DNA of 62,947 nt, filler included, from Diploschistes diacapsis (GCA_023645945.1; 22 parts of 22 records of this genome joined end to end with filler, not necessarily neighbours in it); one strand, 5' to 3'; counted from the first letter of the whole stretch, positions 50,740-62,947 are shown. Notes: generated by a model not told the origin, from the sequence alone. Translations and numbers: made by a program.

Positions 50740-50862
50740 TTTTAATCGTAATGTCCGTGTCCGTGCTTTTACTATAGTGTAGTGTCCGTGGAAGTGTCCG
50801 TGCCGAGAAAATTTTCGCGGTAGTGTCCGTGTCAGTGACCGTGGCACGCAACGGCCAGCCTA
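50740..50862. mobile_element. MITE family TAGGCTGGCCGT, one end, adjoining copia gag
   Basis: ..GTGGCACGCAACGGCCAGCCTA terminus with GTCCGT arrays. Confidence 0.75.
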
Positions 50863-51403
50863 GACCATCGCGCAATATAATATAAACTCGCTAAAGAGTT
50901 CAGACAAATGGTCATCGCAGCAAAAGACAAGAAGCGGGAGAAAAGAAAAGAATCCCGAAACATCCGCGACAAGAAAGGTAAGAACAAGCGCGCCTATAAT
51001 GCAAAAGGTTTAGACGATAAAAGTTTAGAAAGTTTAGAATTTGAACCTGAACCTAAATTTTAATTATATAATGATAAAGTTAGTAATATAGCTAAGAACG
51101 TTATTATTAAAAGTAAGATTATTTTTATTAAATAAATCGGTGATACCGGCGCCTTATTATATATAACTGATTAGTTATATTTATTTAGAAACTTGATTCT
51201 TATTCGAAGACGACGAATTAAAATCGGGGGAGGAATGCTTTATTTAGATTATACTAGAAAGGTTAGGTTAAAGTAAGGTAATAGCTTTTTATATTTAGGA
51301 TATATGATGTATATATCTAAACTGAAAGCAAACCTTATATCGGGGTAAAAGTTATATAAGATAGGATTACGGGGGAATTTTAATCAAAAGAGCTTGTATC
51401 TAT
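50863..51403 (+). mobile_element. Ty1/copia gag-protease remnant (RIP-degraded); homologues at 58200-59030 and 61254-61717 on the minus strand
   Basis: *IGDTGALLYITD*LYLFRNL..IKIGGG..YISKLKANLISG restores by transitions to WIxDTGASxHMT..NLIS, the copia protease pattern. Confidence 0.75.
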
Positions 51404-51864
51404 TGTTACGATCCAGGCTGCTGGCCTGTCACGTCCCAGCCACTCACTAAGAAACACTCACTGACGTTCGGGTCACGTGAGTTGTTGGAGCGAGCGGCGC
51501 CGTTCCATACGCTCTATAGGAGCAATGGGCGGCGCTCCTTCTGTTCCGTGAGAGCTATCGCCGGCGCTCCCTTCGTTCTATTAGAGCATAAAGAGCTAGC
51601 ACTGGTGCTTTATAAAAGATTTAAGTATATAATCTTTCTTTTAAACATACCTTATTCGATATGTTTATTTTTATAAATATTTTAAATTATTATTCGGGAT
51701 TAATCTATATTCGTTATCTTTATTATCTTAAAGCCTTCTTATTAAAGATAATTTAAGACCTATAACTGCTTTATCTTCTTCTCCTATCATATTTCTTTTT
51801 TAATAAAAACTAAACCCATCTTGATTTTACTCGTGTATATTTTATATAGATAAAGATTATAACA
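51404..51864 (+). mobile_element. Complete LTR, family A
   Basis: TGTTACGATC...GATTATAACA. The distal half is shared with the copies at 48273, 48833, 56480, 57267 and 60799. Confidence 0.75.
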
Positions 51865-51972
51865 TTTAAATANNNNNNNNNNNNNNNNNNNNNNNNNNNN
51901 NNNNNNNNNNNNNNNNTTAATTAATTAANNNNNNNNNNNNNNNNNNNNNNNNNNNNNNNNNNNNNNNNNNNN

Positions 51973-52855
51973 TGCATATAGATAATAAAAATAAGGATTA
52001 TTTATGTATTAATTAAATTTTTAATTACGAAAGTAATGTCTAGTTTAATATAGATTATTATATATATAATATTATTAATTATTTCTTGATACTGAACCCT
52101 GTCCGTTGATTTAGGCGAGTCGCTTTGTTTAATACCGCTATATCTATTAAATAAGAATTTTTGACTTTTATACGTGTTCGTTATTATCTTAAACCGGTCG
52201 AGTATCTTTTCAGCGTAAGTTTTTTGGTCAAGATTCAACTAAATTATTTTTTAACGTTGTCGCTGAATTCTTATTTCTAGGATCTTTTTAATCTTTTTTA
52301 GATCCTTGATTTTATAGCGTTCAGCGAGGGTTTTTTTAAATCAGTTTACGTTTCGTAATTTAAGTGTTGTTACGATAATATCGTCGACGTATAGATTAAT
52401 TAATAGCTTTCGACCTTATAGGGTGAAGATATAAGGATCGGCGTCGCATCTTTTAAATCCTAAATTTAAAATTATATTGCCGTATTTCTCGTGTCAGTCC
52501 TTTATTACCTATTTTAGTCCGTATAAGCTTTTATTAATTTTTAAGATAATATTTCTAAAAACGTTATATCCTTTAAATAACGTTATATAGATCTAATGCG
52601 TTAACGACATTTCCGTAAACGTATTATTGATGTTTATTTAATAATATTCTAGATCTTTTGTTGCGATGATCGTTAATAGGATACGTAGAGAATCCGCTCG
52701 AATAATAGGAATAAATGTCTCGTTAAAATCGATTTTTTTCTGTTGCGAGAACCTTTTTACGATTAATCTAGCTTTGAACATCTTAATGTCTCTATTAAGA
52801 TTATATTTTACGTCGAATATTTATCTTGAACTTATTATGTTGGTATTCTTTGGTT
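51973..52855 (-). mobile_element. Ty1/copia reverse transcriptase remnant
   Basis: The minus strand reads RFKARLIVKRFSQQ, KSLYGLK*, DADPYIF, LINLYVDDIIV and KKILEIRI, with heavy transition damage. Confidence 0.85.
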
Positions 52856-53104
52856 TAGGCTGGCCGTCACGGACACTGACACGGCCGTGGTAGTATCCGT
52901 GTTTTGAAATTTTCAACCGTAATGTCCGTGTCCGTGCTTTTATTATAATGTAATGTCCGTGAAAGTATTCGTGTTTTAAAATTTTTAATCGTAATATCCG
53001 TGTTCGTATTTTTATTATAATATAATGTCCCTAGAAGTGTTCGTGTTTTAAAATTTTTAATCGTAATATTCGTATTAATAGATTTATTATCGTATCCGTA
53101 TATT
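52856..53104. mobile_element. MITE family TAGGCTGGCCGT, one end, adjoining copia RT
   Basis: TAGGCTGGCCGTCACGGACAC terminus followed by 72-bp internal units. Confidence 0.75.
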
Positions 53105-53889
53105 NNNNNNNNNNNNNNNNNNNNNNNNNNNNNNNNNNNNNNNNNNNNTTAATTAATTAANNNNNNNNNNNNNNNNNNNNNNNNNNNNNNNNNNNNNNNN
53201 NNNNGAAGAGGGGGGTTCAGCGGAGGAGGGCCGGTCGGGTGAAGGGCTGTACGTACGGGACGGAGTGGAGGAAGAGGGGCATGCTGTTTTGTAGGATAGT
53301 ACTTGGTATTCTGAGATGTGCTTCTGCCTTGTCTGCTGGGATGCAGCTCCATGTGCACAGAACGCTGTGGGTCGGAGAGCTGAGGCGCGGGCAGATGGAG
53401 GACTTGTACCATGCAAATGATGTCGGTGCTGGTGGACATCTTTCTAGACTTCGTGGAGCTAGGGAGGTCGGAAATGGCATAATGCTAAACAGCGGCATCC
53501 TGCTATTTATTTCGGTAGTAATTAGCCTCTACGGGTGGAGCGTTGCCTTATAGTTTTTTCCCTTTATAGCTCCTTTACTCGTGTTGATTGTTTCCCACGC
53601 TTGAAGCGAGATTTGCTATGGATGTAGTGCCAGTATCTGTTATTGAGTACTCCGCAATCGCCTCCAGTGTGTCTGTATTTGAGGAAAGTGTTCAAAAAGT
53701 AAAACGCAGGTTACTATCTTTAGACATACATCTAGTAGATTTGGGAGATCCTGTACCTCTCGGAAGCGATGCCAAGAAAGCCCCAGCCTTTCTTCTTTGC
53801 GTTCCGCTCGGGTGAGCGCTGCAAGAGGTAACCTTACGAGGTAGATTGCGCCCATCAATCAACCAGGACACATCATCCAATCCCACAAA

Positions 53890-54335
53890 ATGCCCCCAAA
53901 ACGCGCCTCAGACTCCATATCCCAAAAGACCAAAGCTTTTAAGCCCCCACGACCAGCAACCAAAGCCGCCGCCACCTCCTCAAAGCCTACCCCCAAAACA
54001 GGCCCCAAAACAGGCCCAAACGCACGACCCAAGAAGCCAACAGTTCGGCCCGCAACACCAAGCGATCTCCTCGGCTCCGAAGGCTCCGACATCGATGACG
54101 AACCGCGCCGTCGCTCGCGCCCAGCAGCCGAGTCGCCCGCGGCAGTAGTCCCGGGGGATCAACCGCCCGTCATCCCGGAAAACCTACTCCGCGTCATGCT
54201 GCAGCAGTTCTACGAGGACAGTGCTACGAGCATAGGCGGCGAGGCTCGCAGGCTGGTGGCTAAGTACATGGAGACGTTCGTGCGGGAGGCGGTGGCGCGG
54301 GCGGTGGTGGAGAGGAAAGGGGCTGTGGATGATGA
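53890..54335 (+). CDS. MHF2: CENP-X/Mhf2 histone-fold protein, 3'-truncated by the contig end
   Basis: A Lys/Pro-rich N-terminal tail is followed by PVIPENLLRVMLQQFYEDSATSIGGEARRLVAKYMETFVREAVARA. Confidence 0.8.
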
Positions 54336-54672
54336 NNNNNNNNNNNNNNNNNNNNNNNNNNNNNNNNNNNNNNNNNNNNTTAATTAATTAANNNNNNNNN
54401 NNNNNNNNNNNNNNNNNNNNNNNNNNNNNNNNNNNCTTGGAAGGTGTATTGGAGTTGAATTGGCGGAATGAATTATATAGGATTCTTACATGCATGGTTT
54501 TTTGGTTATGGGGATGGTTGTTACATGAAGACGCTGGGTTGGTTGTAGAGCCAGGTAGAAACACGTGTTTCGCGGAGGAAGTTGTGGGTGAGGGGACGGG
54601 GGGCAGAATTTGTGCACAAGATATGATAAGTTTTGAGATAAAAGTTTGAGAGAGAAGTCGAGTGGTGGGCCG

Positions 54673-54703
<31 letters not shown>
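54673..54703. repeat. (GAT)n microsatellite
   Basis: Directly visible tandem run. Confidence 0.95.
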
Positions 54704-54704
<1 letters not shown>

Positions 54705-55928
54705 GGGGGCTTTTTTTTTGGCCCGACCGTTGACGTCGATCCCGGAGGCGTGGTGGGTAGGGGAAATCAGGCTAGCAGGAAGGAGAGGGCACGGTGTGCT
54801 GCTGTGGATGGATTGTCGTACGGTGGACGAAGGGATGGTGGTATGGTGTTACCCGGGGCGTTCCAGAGGCCGTGGAGGTGGGAGAAACATCTACACGTGT
54901 CGATAACCACGACGGTTTGTGCCATGTGCGAGGACAACAAGAACGATGCGAGAAGGGAATTCAGAATCATGCATTTCAGGAGCACTTTGGTCTTTTTTTT
55001 TTTTCATGTATTTGATTTGCTTCAATCCAACTATGTAGATCCAAGAACCACCCCCACGGGCCCAGCAACTGGCCAAGCTCGCGACGCTCCATCATCAACG
55101 AGACCCCAGAAGCTTTTCTCAAAGGGGCTCGCTGCGAAAGGCACACTCGACGACAAGTACGGAGACAGTGTGGGGGCACCACCATCCCCCAACAAACAAA
55201 ACGACAGATACGAAGCGGAAAAAAAAGAAAATAAAAGGAAAACAAGACACGAAAAATCATGCCGGATCGTATACCAGAGTCGAATAGATGTGCGGGACCC
55301 CATCTGACTCGTCAAGCGTGTACTGTACGAAAAGGGGGGGTTGCGCGAAAGGGAATCGAGGCGCCGAGGACATAGAAGCAAGAACTCGCACGCGCAACTC
55401 GTTGGGTATCGATCGAATCTGTCCAAGGGGCGCTCTCTTCGAATTTCCTAGCCTGCCTGCCAGCCAGCCCCGTACCGCCAACCACGCCGATTGCCCCCAT
55501 GATGCGCGAAGAGATTGCCCCTTTAAACCAATGTCTGTGGAACCGTTTTCGCTGTGTAACTGGTCGNNNNNNNNNNNNNNNNNNNNNNNNNNNNNNNNNN
55601 NNNNNNNNNNTTAATTAATTAANNNNNNNNNNNNNNNNNNNNNNNNNNNNNNNNNNNNNNNNNNNNTGTCGTCCGTTGCTTAAGAATCCTGTATATTAGA
55701 CGTTATTAACGTGGAGTTGACGGATATTATATGCGTAATCGGATTATTAATGACGTATATAACGCTCGTTATTGACGTAATAAACTTTAATATATTCGGT
55801 TTAATAAATTTAAATTTAGGTTTAGATTTAATTCTTTTTCTTAAAACCTTAATCCGTAAGAATCTCTTTATTAACCGTCGGTTATCATTATCTGGCTCGA
55901 GTTAATTATATGGAATAAAAGTAGGGAC

Positions 55929-56250
55929 TAGGCTGGCCGTCACGGACACGGACACGGCCGTGGCAGGGTCCGTGCTTTGAAATTTTCAGCCGTAATGTCC
56001 GTGTCCGTGCTTTTACTGCAGTATAGTATCCGTGGAAGTATCCGTGTTTTAAAATTTTTAACCGTAATATCCGTGTCCGTGCTTTTATTATAATATAATG
56101 TCCGTGGAAATGTCCGTGTTTTAAAATTTTTAGTCGTAATATCCGTGTCCGTGCTTTTACTGCAGTGTAGTGTCCGTGGAAGTGTCCGTGCCGAAAATTT
56201 TTTCGCGGTAGTGTCCGTGTCAGTAACCGTGGCACGCCACGGCCAGCCTA
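55929..56250. mobile_element. Complete 322-bp MITE with 12-bp TIRs and three 72-bp internal tandem units
   Basis: TAGGCTGGCCGT...ACGGCCAGCCTA, with units starting near 55979, 56051 and 56123. The 8-bp flanks GTAGGGAC and ATACGGAA match at only 5 of 8 positions. Confidence 0.85.
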
Positions 56251-57266
56251 ATACGGAATATCCACGATTAAAAAAAAGATTTAAATTCAATTCAATCTAA
56301 AAAGTATTAATATAATAAACACCGAATCGTTACCTAAACGTAACCGAAACTCCACCGACAAACTAAAAAACCAAAACCAAATCTCGACCCAAAAAAACAT
56401 ACTTCAAAATTCTAATTCCTTACGCGTTATTCGTAACAGGGGCGAACCCGATAAGTTAACGAAACTTAGCGAGCTTAACTGTTACGATCTAAGTAACTAG
56501 GTGGTAGTCCATTTGGTACTTCACAGCTGATCGGGCCTAACCCAACCATTCCTTGTATATAGTCCAATCATGGTGACACTAATTACATAATAAGTAAAAA
56601 ACCTTGGAGGCTATTTTACTTTTTGTAGGTAGAACGGGAGAATAATAATTCTATTTATCTATTAATTTATTTCGTTAGGGAGTAATTGATTATATAAAAA
56701 CGCGTTATGGCTTTTATAAGTCGGGATATGTTTATTTTATAAATATCTTTAGCGATTACTCGAGATTAATTTATATTCGTTTATCTTTATTATTAAANNN
56801 NNNNNNNNNNNNNNNNNNNNNNNNNNNNNNNNNNNNNNNNNTTAATTAATTAANNNNNNNNNNNNNNNNNNNNNNNNNNNNNNNNNNNNNNNNNNNNCCG
56901 GGATAAAGAAATAAAAAAGATATCTATTAGAATGAAACGTCGAAAGGGTTAAGTAATTACTTTACGCTATAAGAATATTTATATAAAGGCCCATTTCTTT
57001 CATATTAAAAATTTAATCTTACTTTATAATAATAAATATTAAAATGGACTATTCTATATCTCGAAAATTAAACTTTTAATAGCTCGATTTTTATAAAATA
57101 ACTTACTCGAATTATTAAAAATCAATATATAAGCTTACCGAGCTTAATAAAACGGACCTAAATAGAACTTTTGTTAGAGATCTTACGGAAGACACTTTAT
57201 AACCTGAACCTAAACCAGAATTAAAAGAAAACAGTGAAACATTTAACAAAAAAATAGACGAAGATA

Positions 57267-57720
57267 TGTTATGATCTCTATCTCTACAATGTAGACACGA
57301 GGTATTAATCAAGGTGGGTTTGGTCTCTGTTAGAAAAACAATGCAAATAGAAAAAGAAATAGATCGGTAACAGGTCTATTTTAATCTTTAAAAAGATTAC
57401 TATTCAATGATAGAGGTAACGAATATAGATTAATCCCGAGTAATCGTTAAGGATATTTATAAAAATAAACACGTTCCGATTTTTAAGAATTATAACGACG
57501 TTTTTATATAATTAACTACTTTTTAGCGGAGTAAATCAGTAGATAAGTAGAATTACCGTTCTCCCGTTCTATTTATAGAAGGTAAAATAGCCTTTAAGGT
57601 TTTTTATTTATCACGTGATCAGCGTTACCATGATTGGACTATATACAAGGAATGGTTAGGTTAGGCCCGATCAGCTATGAAGTGCCAAGTAGCTACCACC
57701 TAGTCACTTGGATCGTAACA
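57267..57720 (-). mobile_element. Complete LTR, family A (454 bp); another copy starts at 56480
   Basis: TGTTATGATC...GATCGTAACA. The reverse complement matches 56480-56797. Confidence 0.8.
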
Positions 57721-59357
57721 CTCTATAAGGTACTGGTTGTTATTAAATGACTTTAAAAAGGATTTATAGATGTCGATGTTTACCAAATTTAGGATGTTTT
57801 GCTTATACTTAACTAAAATACGGTCAATTTATTGTTTAGCTTTTATTAATTAGCATATTTTATACGTATAAGGTGCGATACGGATAACATTAGCGAAAAT
57901 TATAACTTTATACAGGTTCTAGAACTTCTTGGGTCCCATATGGGCCATACGTACGTGTTATAGCTAATAATTATTTTTATTAGACTGAACTTTTAGGTTT
58001 AATTTAGGTTCAGGTTTAGTTATTAGGNNNNNNNNNNNNNNNNNNNNNNNNNNNNNNNNNNNNNNNNNNNNTTAATTAATTAANNNNNNNNNNNNNNNNN
58101 NNNNNNNNNNNNNNNNNNNNNNNNNNNAAGGATAAAAGTCTGCAAAGTAGGATAACCTCCTAGATAGACCTCTAGACTTCAATACATCCATTACGTTGCC
58201 AAACAATTCCCTCGTAATTCTATCTTGTATAACTTTTGTTCCGATATAAGGTTTGCTTTTAATCTAAACACATATATCATATATCTTAAATATAAAACGT
58301 TATTGCCTTATTTTAATTTAATTTTCTTAATATAATCTAAATAAAGCATTCTTTTCCCGACTTTGATTCGTCGTCTTTAAATAGGAATCAGGTTTCTAAA
58401 TAAATATAATTAATTAGTTATATATAATAAAACGTCGGTATTACCGATTTATTTAATAGAAGTAATCTTATTTTTAATAATAACGTCTTTAATTATATTA
58501 TCAATTTTATTATTATATAATTAAGGTTTAGGTTTAGGTTCAGATTTTAAACTTTTTAAACTTTCATCGTCTGAATCTTCTGCATTATAGGCGCGCTTAT
58601 TCTTGCTTTTCTTGTCGCGGATGTTTCGGGATTCTTTTCTTTTCTCCCGCTTCTTGTCTTTTGCTGCGATGACCATTTACCTGAATTCTTTAGCGAGTTT
58701 GTACTATATTACGCGATAATCATTGTTTTTATAAAGTAGATATCCTCTTATTGGACTAGAATGGCGGCGTCGTCTTTCGTCGAATCGTCCTTGGGAGCGG
58801 GAGCCCCTAGGGTGCTGTGATTTATTATAACGTAAAAAATATGTTATAATTTTTTCTATCAGCTTATTTTGCTTATCGGTAAGCCTGTTAAACCATCTAT
58901 CAAAATCGATATTAACGGATAAAACATTATCGATTTACGTGTCAATAACGTCGATAATGATTTCGTAGTCAGGCGGCAATACCGCAAATAATTACTAAAA
59001 AAGAACTTTTAAAGCGTACTCGGTTCGTTGTTATGATCTCTATCTCTACAATGTAGACACGAGGTATTGATTAAGGTGGTGTAACAGGTTAATACTATAG
59101 TGTGACAATAAGGCAGATAAGTGGCTATTCGGTGGCTAGATCTCTGCTAGACGATAGATGTACTGATGAAATAATTTTTAAAGAATTATTTCTATCTACG
59201 AAAACTCAGTTCTTATATAAGAACACGCTAGCGGGCCTTGATATATGCTTGATATACNNNNNNNNNNNNNNNNNNNNNNNNNNNNNNNNNNNNNNNNNNN
59301 NTTAATTAATTAANNNNNNNNNNNNNNNNNNNNNNNNNNNNNNNNNNNNNNNNNNNN

Positions 59358-60087
59358 CTTTCTACGTATCTTATTAACGGTTATCGCAGTAAAAGATTTA
59401 AAATATTATTAAATAAACGTTAATAACGCGTTTACGAAAACGTCGTTAACGTATTAGATCTATATAACGCCATTTAAAGGATATAACGTCCCTAAAAATA
59501 CTATCTTAAAGATTAATAAAAGCTTATACGGATTAAAATAAACAATAAAGAATTAACACGAGAAATACGATAATATAATTTTAAATCTAAGATTTAAAAA
59601 ATGCGACGTCGATCCTTATATTTTTATCTTATAAGGTCGAAAATCACTAATTAATCTATACGTCGACGATATTATTATAATAAAATTTAAATTACGAGAC
59701 GTGAACTAATTTAAAAAAACCCTCGCTGAATGCTACAAGATCAAGGATCTGATAAAGATTAAAAAGATCTTAGAAATGACAGTTTAGCGACAACGTTAGG
59801 GAGTAATTCAGCTGAACCTTGACCAAGAAGCTTACGCTGAGAAGATGCTCGACCGGTTCAAGATGGCAACGGACACGCACAAAGGTCAAAAGGTCCCACT
59901 TAATGGATACAGCGGCATTGAACAAAAGCATATCGACATTGCCTATCATCATGTACGGGACCTAGTTAAACGAGGCTGTATTAATGTTGCCTACATACCT
60001 ACAGACAAGATGGTTGCCGACGGATTAACGAAACCACTGAACTACGCCAAACACGATATGTTCGTTAAAGGATTTAGACTAATATAG
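59358..60087 (+). mobile_element. Ty1/copia RT-RNase H remnant with an internal deletion
   Basis: LYVDDIII, then LDQEAYAEKMLDRFKM joined to KHIDIAYHHVRD..YIPTDKMVADGLTKPL. Confidence 0.85.
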
Positions 60088-60798
60088 AGGGCATTTAGCT
60101 GGATTAAATAAATATGCCGATGGTTCCTCCCGTGGAAAGGTATTGAGCAGGTAAGTAAAATACATAGCTAGAAAGTTTAATTAAATTTTAGGTTTAGGTT
60201 CAGTTTAGCTGAACTTACTAAAGTTTCTATTAATCTTAATCGGGAATAATGCAAGTCTATAAAGCTTAATAGATCCTATTGGTATAAGAGCTTGCATGTA
60301 GATTATTCCTTCTAGGAAGACTTGAAGACCTCGAGACTTCAATATATCCATTGCGTTGCCCAAAACTCTTCCTTTTTCGAAAGAATAATTGGTTTAATTA
60401 CTTTTTAAATAACAGAGATATAATCCTTTTTATTAAATTTAATATAACGAACGCATTTAATAAAAATAAAAAGTATCCTAATACAATNNNNNNNNNNNNN
60501 NNNNNNNNNNNNNNNNNNNNNNNNNNNNNNNTTAATTAATTAANNNNNNNNNNNNNNNNNNNNNNNNNNNNNNNNNNNNNNNNNNNNATTTATCGTTAAA
60601 AAAATAATATTTATAAAAAAAAACAATAAGAATTTTATAATAAGCGATAAAACGAGAAAGATAGAGTCGTTCGACGGATCGATTACGAGAAATTAAAAAA
60701 ATATCGTTATTTCACGATTTAAGATTCTTTTTTATTTAATATTTATATTAGACCCTTCGGCGAATCATCGGGTCGATAATATTAAAGAAAAGGAATAG

Positions 60799-61253
60799 TA
60801 TTACGATCTAAATATTAAACTTAATACGTCTTAACTTTATATATAGGTTAATTACGGGATTAAAGGTCACGTAATGCGCTTATTATTCGCGTTTATTCTC
60901 GTGAGCGATGAGTAAGCTTTCGTTACCGTTCGACGGTCGCGTTTATTTTTATGAGTGATAAATTTCGAGAATATTACTCGTTGGGTTTACGATAAGCGGC
61001 GAGCGAGCTAATTATATATAAGCACGACTTTATTTTCGTAAAAAAGGGTCTGTTTATTTTTATAAATATCTTAAGTTATTATTCGAGATTAATTTATATT
61101 CGTTATTTTTATCATTTTAGAGCCTTTTTTTTAGAGATAGTTTAAGATTTATAACTGCTTTATCTTCTTTTCCTGTCATATTCCTCTTCTAACAGAGACT
61201 AAACCCACCTTGATCTTACTCGTGTATACCTTGTATAGATAGAGATCATAACA
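60799..61253 (+). mobile_element. LTR family A copy (5' end RIP-altered)
   Basis: TATTACGATC (from TGTTACGATC)...GATCATAACA. Confidence 0.7.
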
Positions 61254-62335
61254 TCATCGTCTGAATCTTCTGCATTATAGGCGCGCTTGTTCTTACCTTT
61301 CTTATCGCGAATATCTTAGGATCCTTTCCCTTTTTCTCGCTTCTTATCTTTTATTATGATAACCATTTTTCTAAACTCTTTAACGAGCTTATATCGTATC
61401 GCGCGATAATCATCGCCATTATAAAATAGACATCCTTTTCTTAAGCTAAAATGGCGGCGTCGTTTTTCGTCGAATCGTCCCTAAAAGCGAGAGCGGAAAC
61501 CCTTAGGGTGCTGTAATCTTTCATAACGCAAAAAATATGCTATAATTTCTTCTATTAGCTTATCTTATTTATCGATAAGCCTATTAAACTATCTATCGAA
61601 ATCAATATTAACGAATAAAACACCATCGATCTAAATATTAATAACGTCGACAATAATTCCGTAATCAAACGACAATATTACAAATAATTACTAAAAAAGA
61701 ATCTTTAATATATATTCNNNNNNNNNNNNNNNNNNNNNNNNNNNNNNNNNNNNNNNNNNNNTTAATTAATTAANNNNNNNNNNNNNNNNNNNNNNNNNNN
61801 NNNNNNNNNNNNNNNNNCTTTTACTTCTATTATATAGTCTTTTTTTAATCTCGAATCAATTCAATTTAGATTTATCTTTATTATATAATTCTTTACCAAA
61901 TACGATTGAACTGCGAAAAATTAATAAAAAATTTATTAAACGTTACGAGCCGTTTTAGAATTAATTAATCCGATTCGACGTTATTTAAATCGAGTAATCC
62001 GTATATTTAAATTAACGTATATTAAATATATAACGTTTCGTAAAGAAACCCGAAAGTAAAAAACGTTTCTTAAAAATCGTAAAAAATATAAATTAAATAA
62101 ATAAATCGAATTAAAGATCGTTTTATATTTAATACAGACGAAGATTTTAAAATAATAATTCGGGTTAAATCGAGTCGGACAGTTTCGAAACTATCTATAA
62201 CGCGTAAAAAAACGTTATCGCATTTCTGAAATCGAGAAAGATCAAGAGGAAGAAAATAAATTCTATTTAGATCGATTAGATTCTAATTACGACGAACAAA
62301 TTATATCTAAAAACCGTAGAATGTTGGCGGTAGTG

Positions 62336-62726
62336 ATTTGAGGGGGCCGGAATCTGGGGGTCGCCGGAATCCCCGTGAAACACGTTGAAAATAATAACAT
62401 TATTCCGTTCTATATATCTGCTTATTTATTGTATATTCTTCAGCCTTTTAATATCGGATGTTTTAAACCGCTTAAAATTACGTACGATAAGTAAATCGAA
62501 TAAATAATACGTACGTAAATTACGTATATTATTAAAAACGATTTCTTTTTTATCTTTAAACGAGTTTTTTATGTACTTATAAATCTAAAAAACGTACGAA
62601 TAAGCTTTAAAATTATTAAACTTATTTCGTACGATATAATTAAAATTTTAGATTTTAAATTTCGTACGTTTACGTCTTCGAACTCTCGTTCGACGAGTTC
62701 CGCATTTATTAATCTAAACACACCCC
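62336..62726. mobile_element. pogo TIR and RIP-degraded DDE transposase fragment
   Basis: ..CCCCGTGAAACACGT terminus at 62385, then plus-strand ISAYLLYILQPFNIGCFKPLK (compare PAHSSHILQPLDVGCF.PLK). Confidence 0.7.
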
Positions 62727-62947
62727 TAGGCTGGCCGTTTCGTGCCACGGTCACTGACACGGACACTACAGCAAAAATTTTCAAAACACGGACACTAACA
62801 CGGACACGACAGCTAAAATTTTAAAATACGGACACTGACACGGACATTATATTATAATAAAAGCACGGACACGGATATTATTATTAAAAATTTAAAATAC
62901 TAACACTGACACGGACACTATATTTCCGTAAATCCACGGAGAGATTA
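62727..62947. mobile_element. MITE family TAGGCTGGCCGT, one end (same subtype as 11834)
   Basis: TAGGCTGGCCGTTTCGTGCCACGG terminus with ACACGGACAC arrays. Confidence 0.75.

Noticed and set aside
53205..53439. Minus-strand gene start divergent from CENP-X
   Set aside because: The splice signals are plausible but the fragment is too short to assign.
54672..55307. Poly-Met 211-aa ORF
   Set aside because: It starts in a (GAT)n microsatellite and crosses homopolymer runs; the sequence looks intergenic.
55929..56250. 72-bp tandem units as a CRISPR array
   Set aside because: There are no unique spacers and no cas genes, the context is eukaryotic, and the units are enclosed by TIRs.
55906..56290. 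His-rich repeat ORFs (KHGHFHGHY) on the MITE
   Set aside because: They arise because the 72-bp unit is divisible by 3; the frames are not preserved in other copies.
57990..58027. TTTAGG-like runs as telomeric repeats (also near 45372, 58525 and 60188)
   Set aside because: They are short, irregular and embedded in TE relics, with no (TTAGGG)n array.
19103..61817. Regularly spaced TTAATTAATTAA palindrome as a biological repeat, and adjacency of neighbouring blocks
   Set aside because: It always sits in an identical N44 context, and the small contigs fall from 1139 to 1130 bp in order. It is an assembly linker, so no linkage across it can be inferred.

Overview
This is eukaryotic DNA from a filamentous ascomycete (GT-AG introns with CTRAY-type branch points, fungal gene families, RIP-type mutation). 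It is not one locus: 22 contigs are joined by an artificial 100-bp linker (N44-TTAATTAATTAA-N44). Contig 1 (1-19102) holds a short-chain dehydrogenase, then a decayed Starship-like region (DUF3435 tyrosine-recombinase 'captain' pseudogene, one intact small gene, and dynamin, exonuclease, pogo and kinase fragments). A nest of TEs follows, including an LTR with a long in-register heat-shock-element array, then MIR1 and a Zn2Cys6 transcription factor. Contig 2 (19203-38279) holds a second, divergent captain pseudogene with decayed cargo, a DUF3176 gene, a transition-riddled partial ARG8 copy, MOD5 and RPL12. The other 20 contigs (about 1.13 kb each, in decreasing size order) are mostly RIP-degraded copia, gypsy, pogo and MITE fragments plus two gene pieces (a zinc-ribbon protein and CENP-X). 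All family assignments come from motif recognition by eye; no database search was run.
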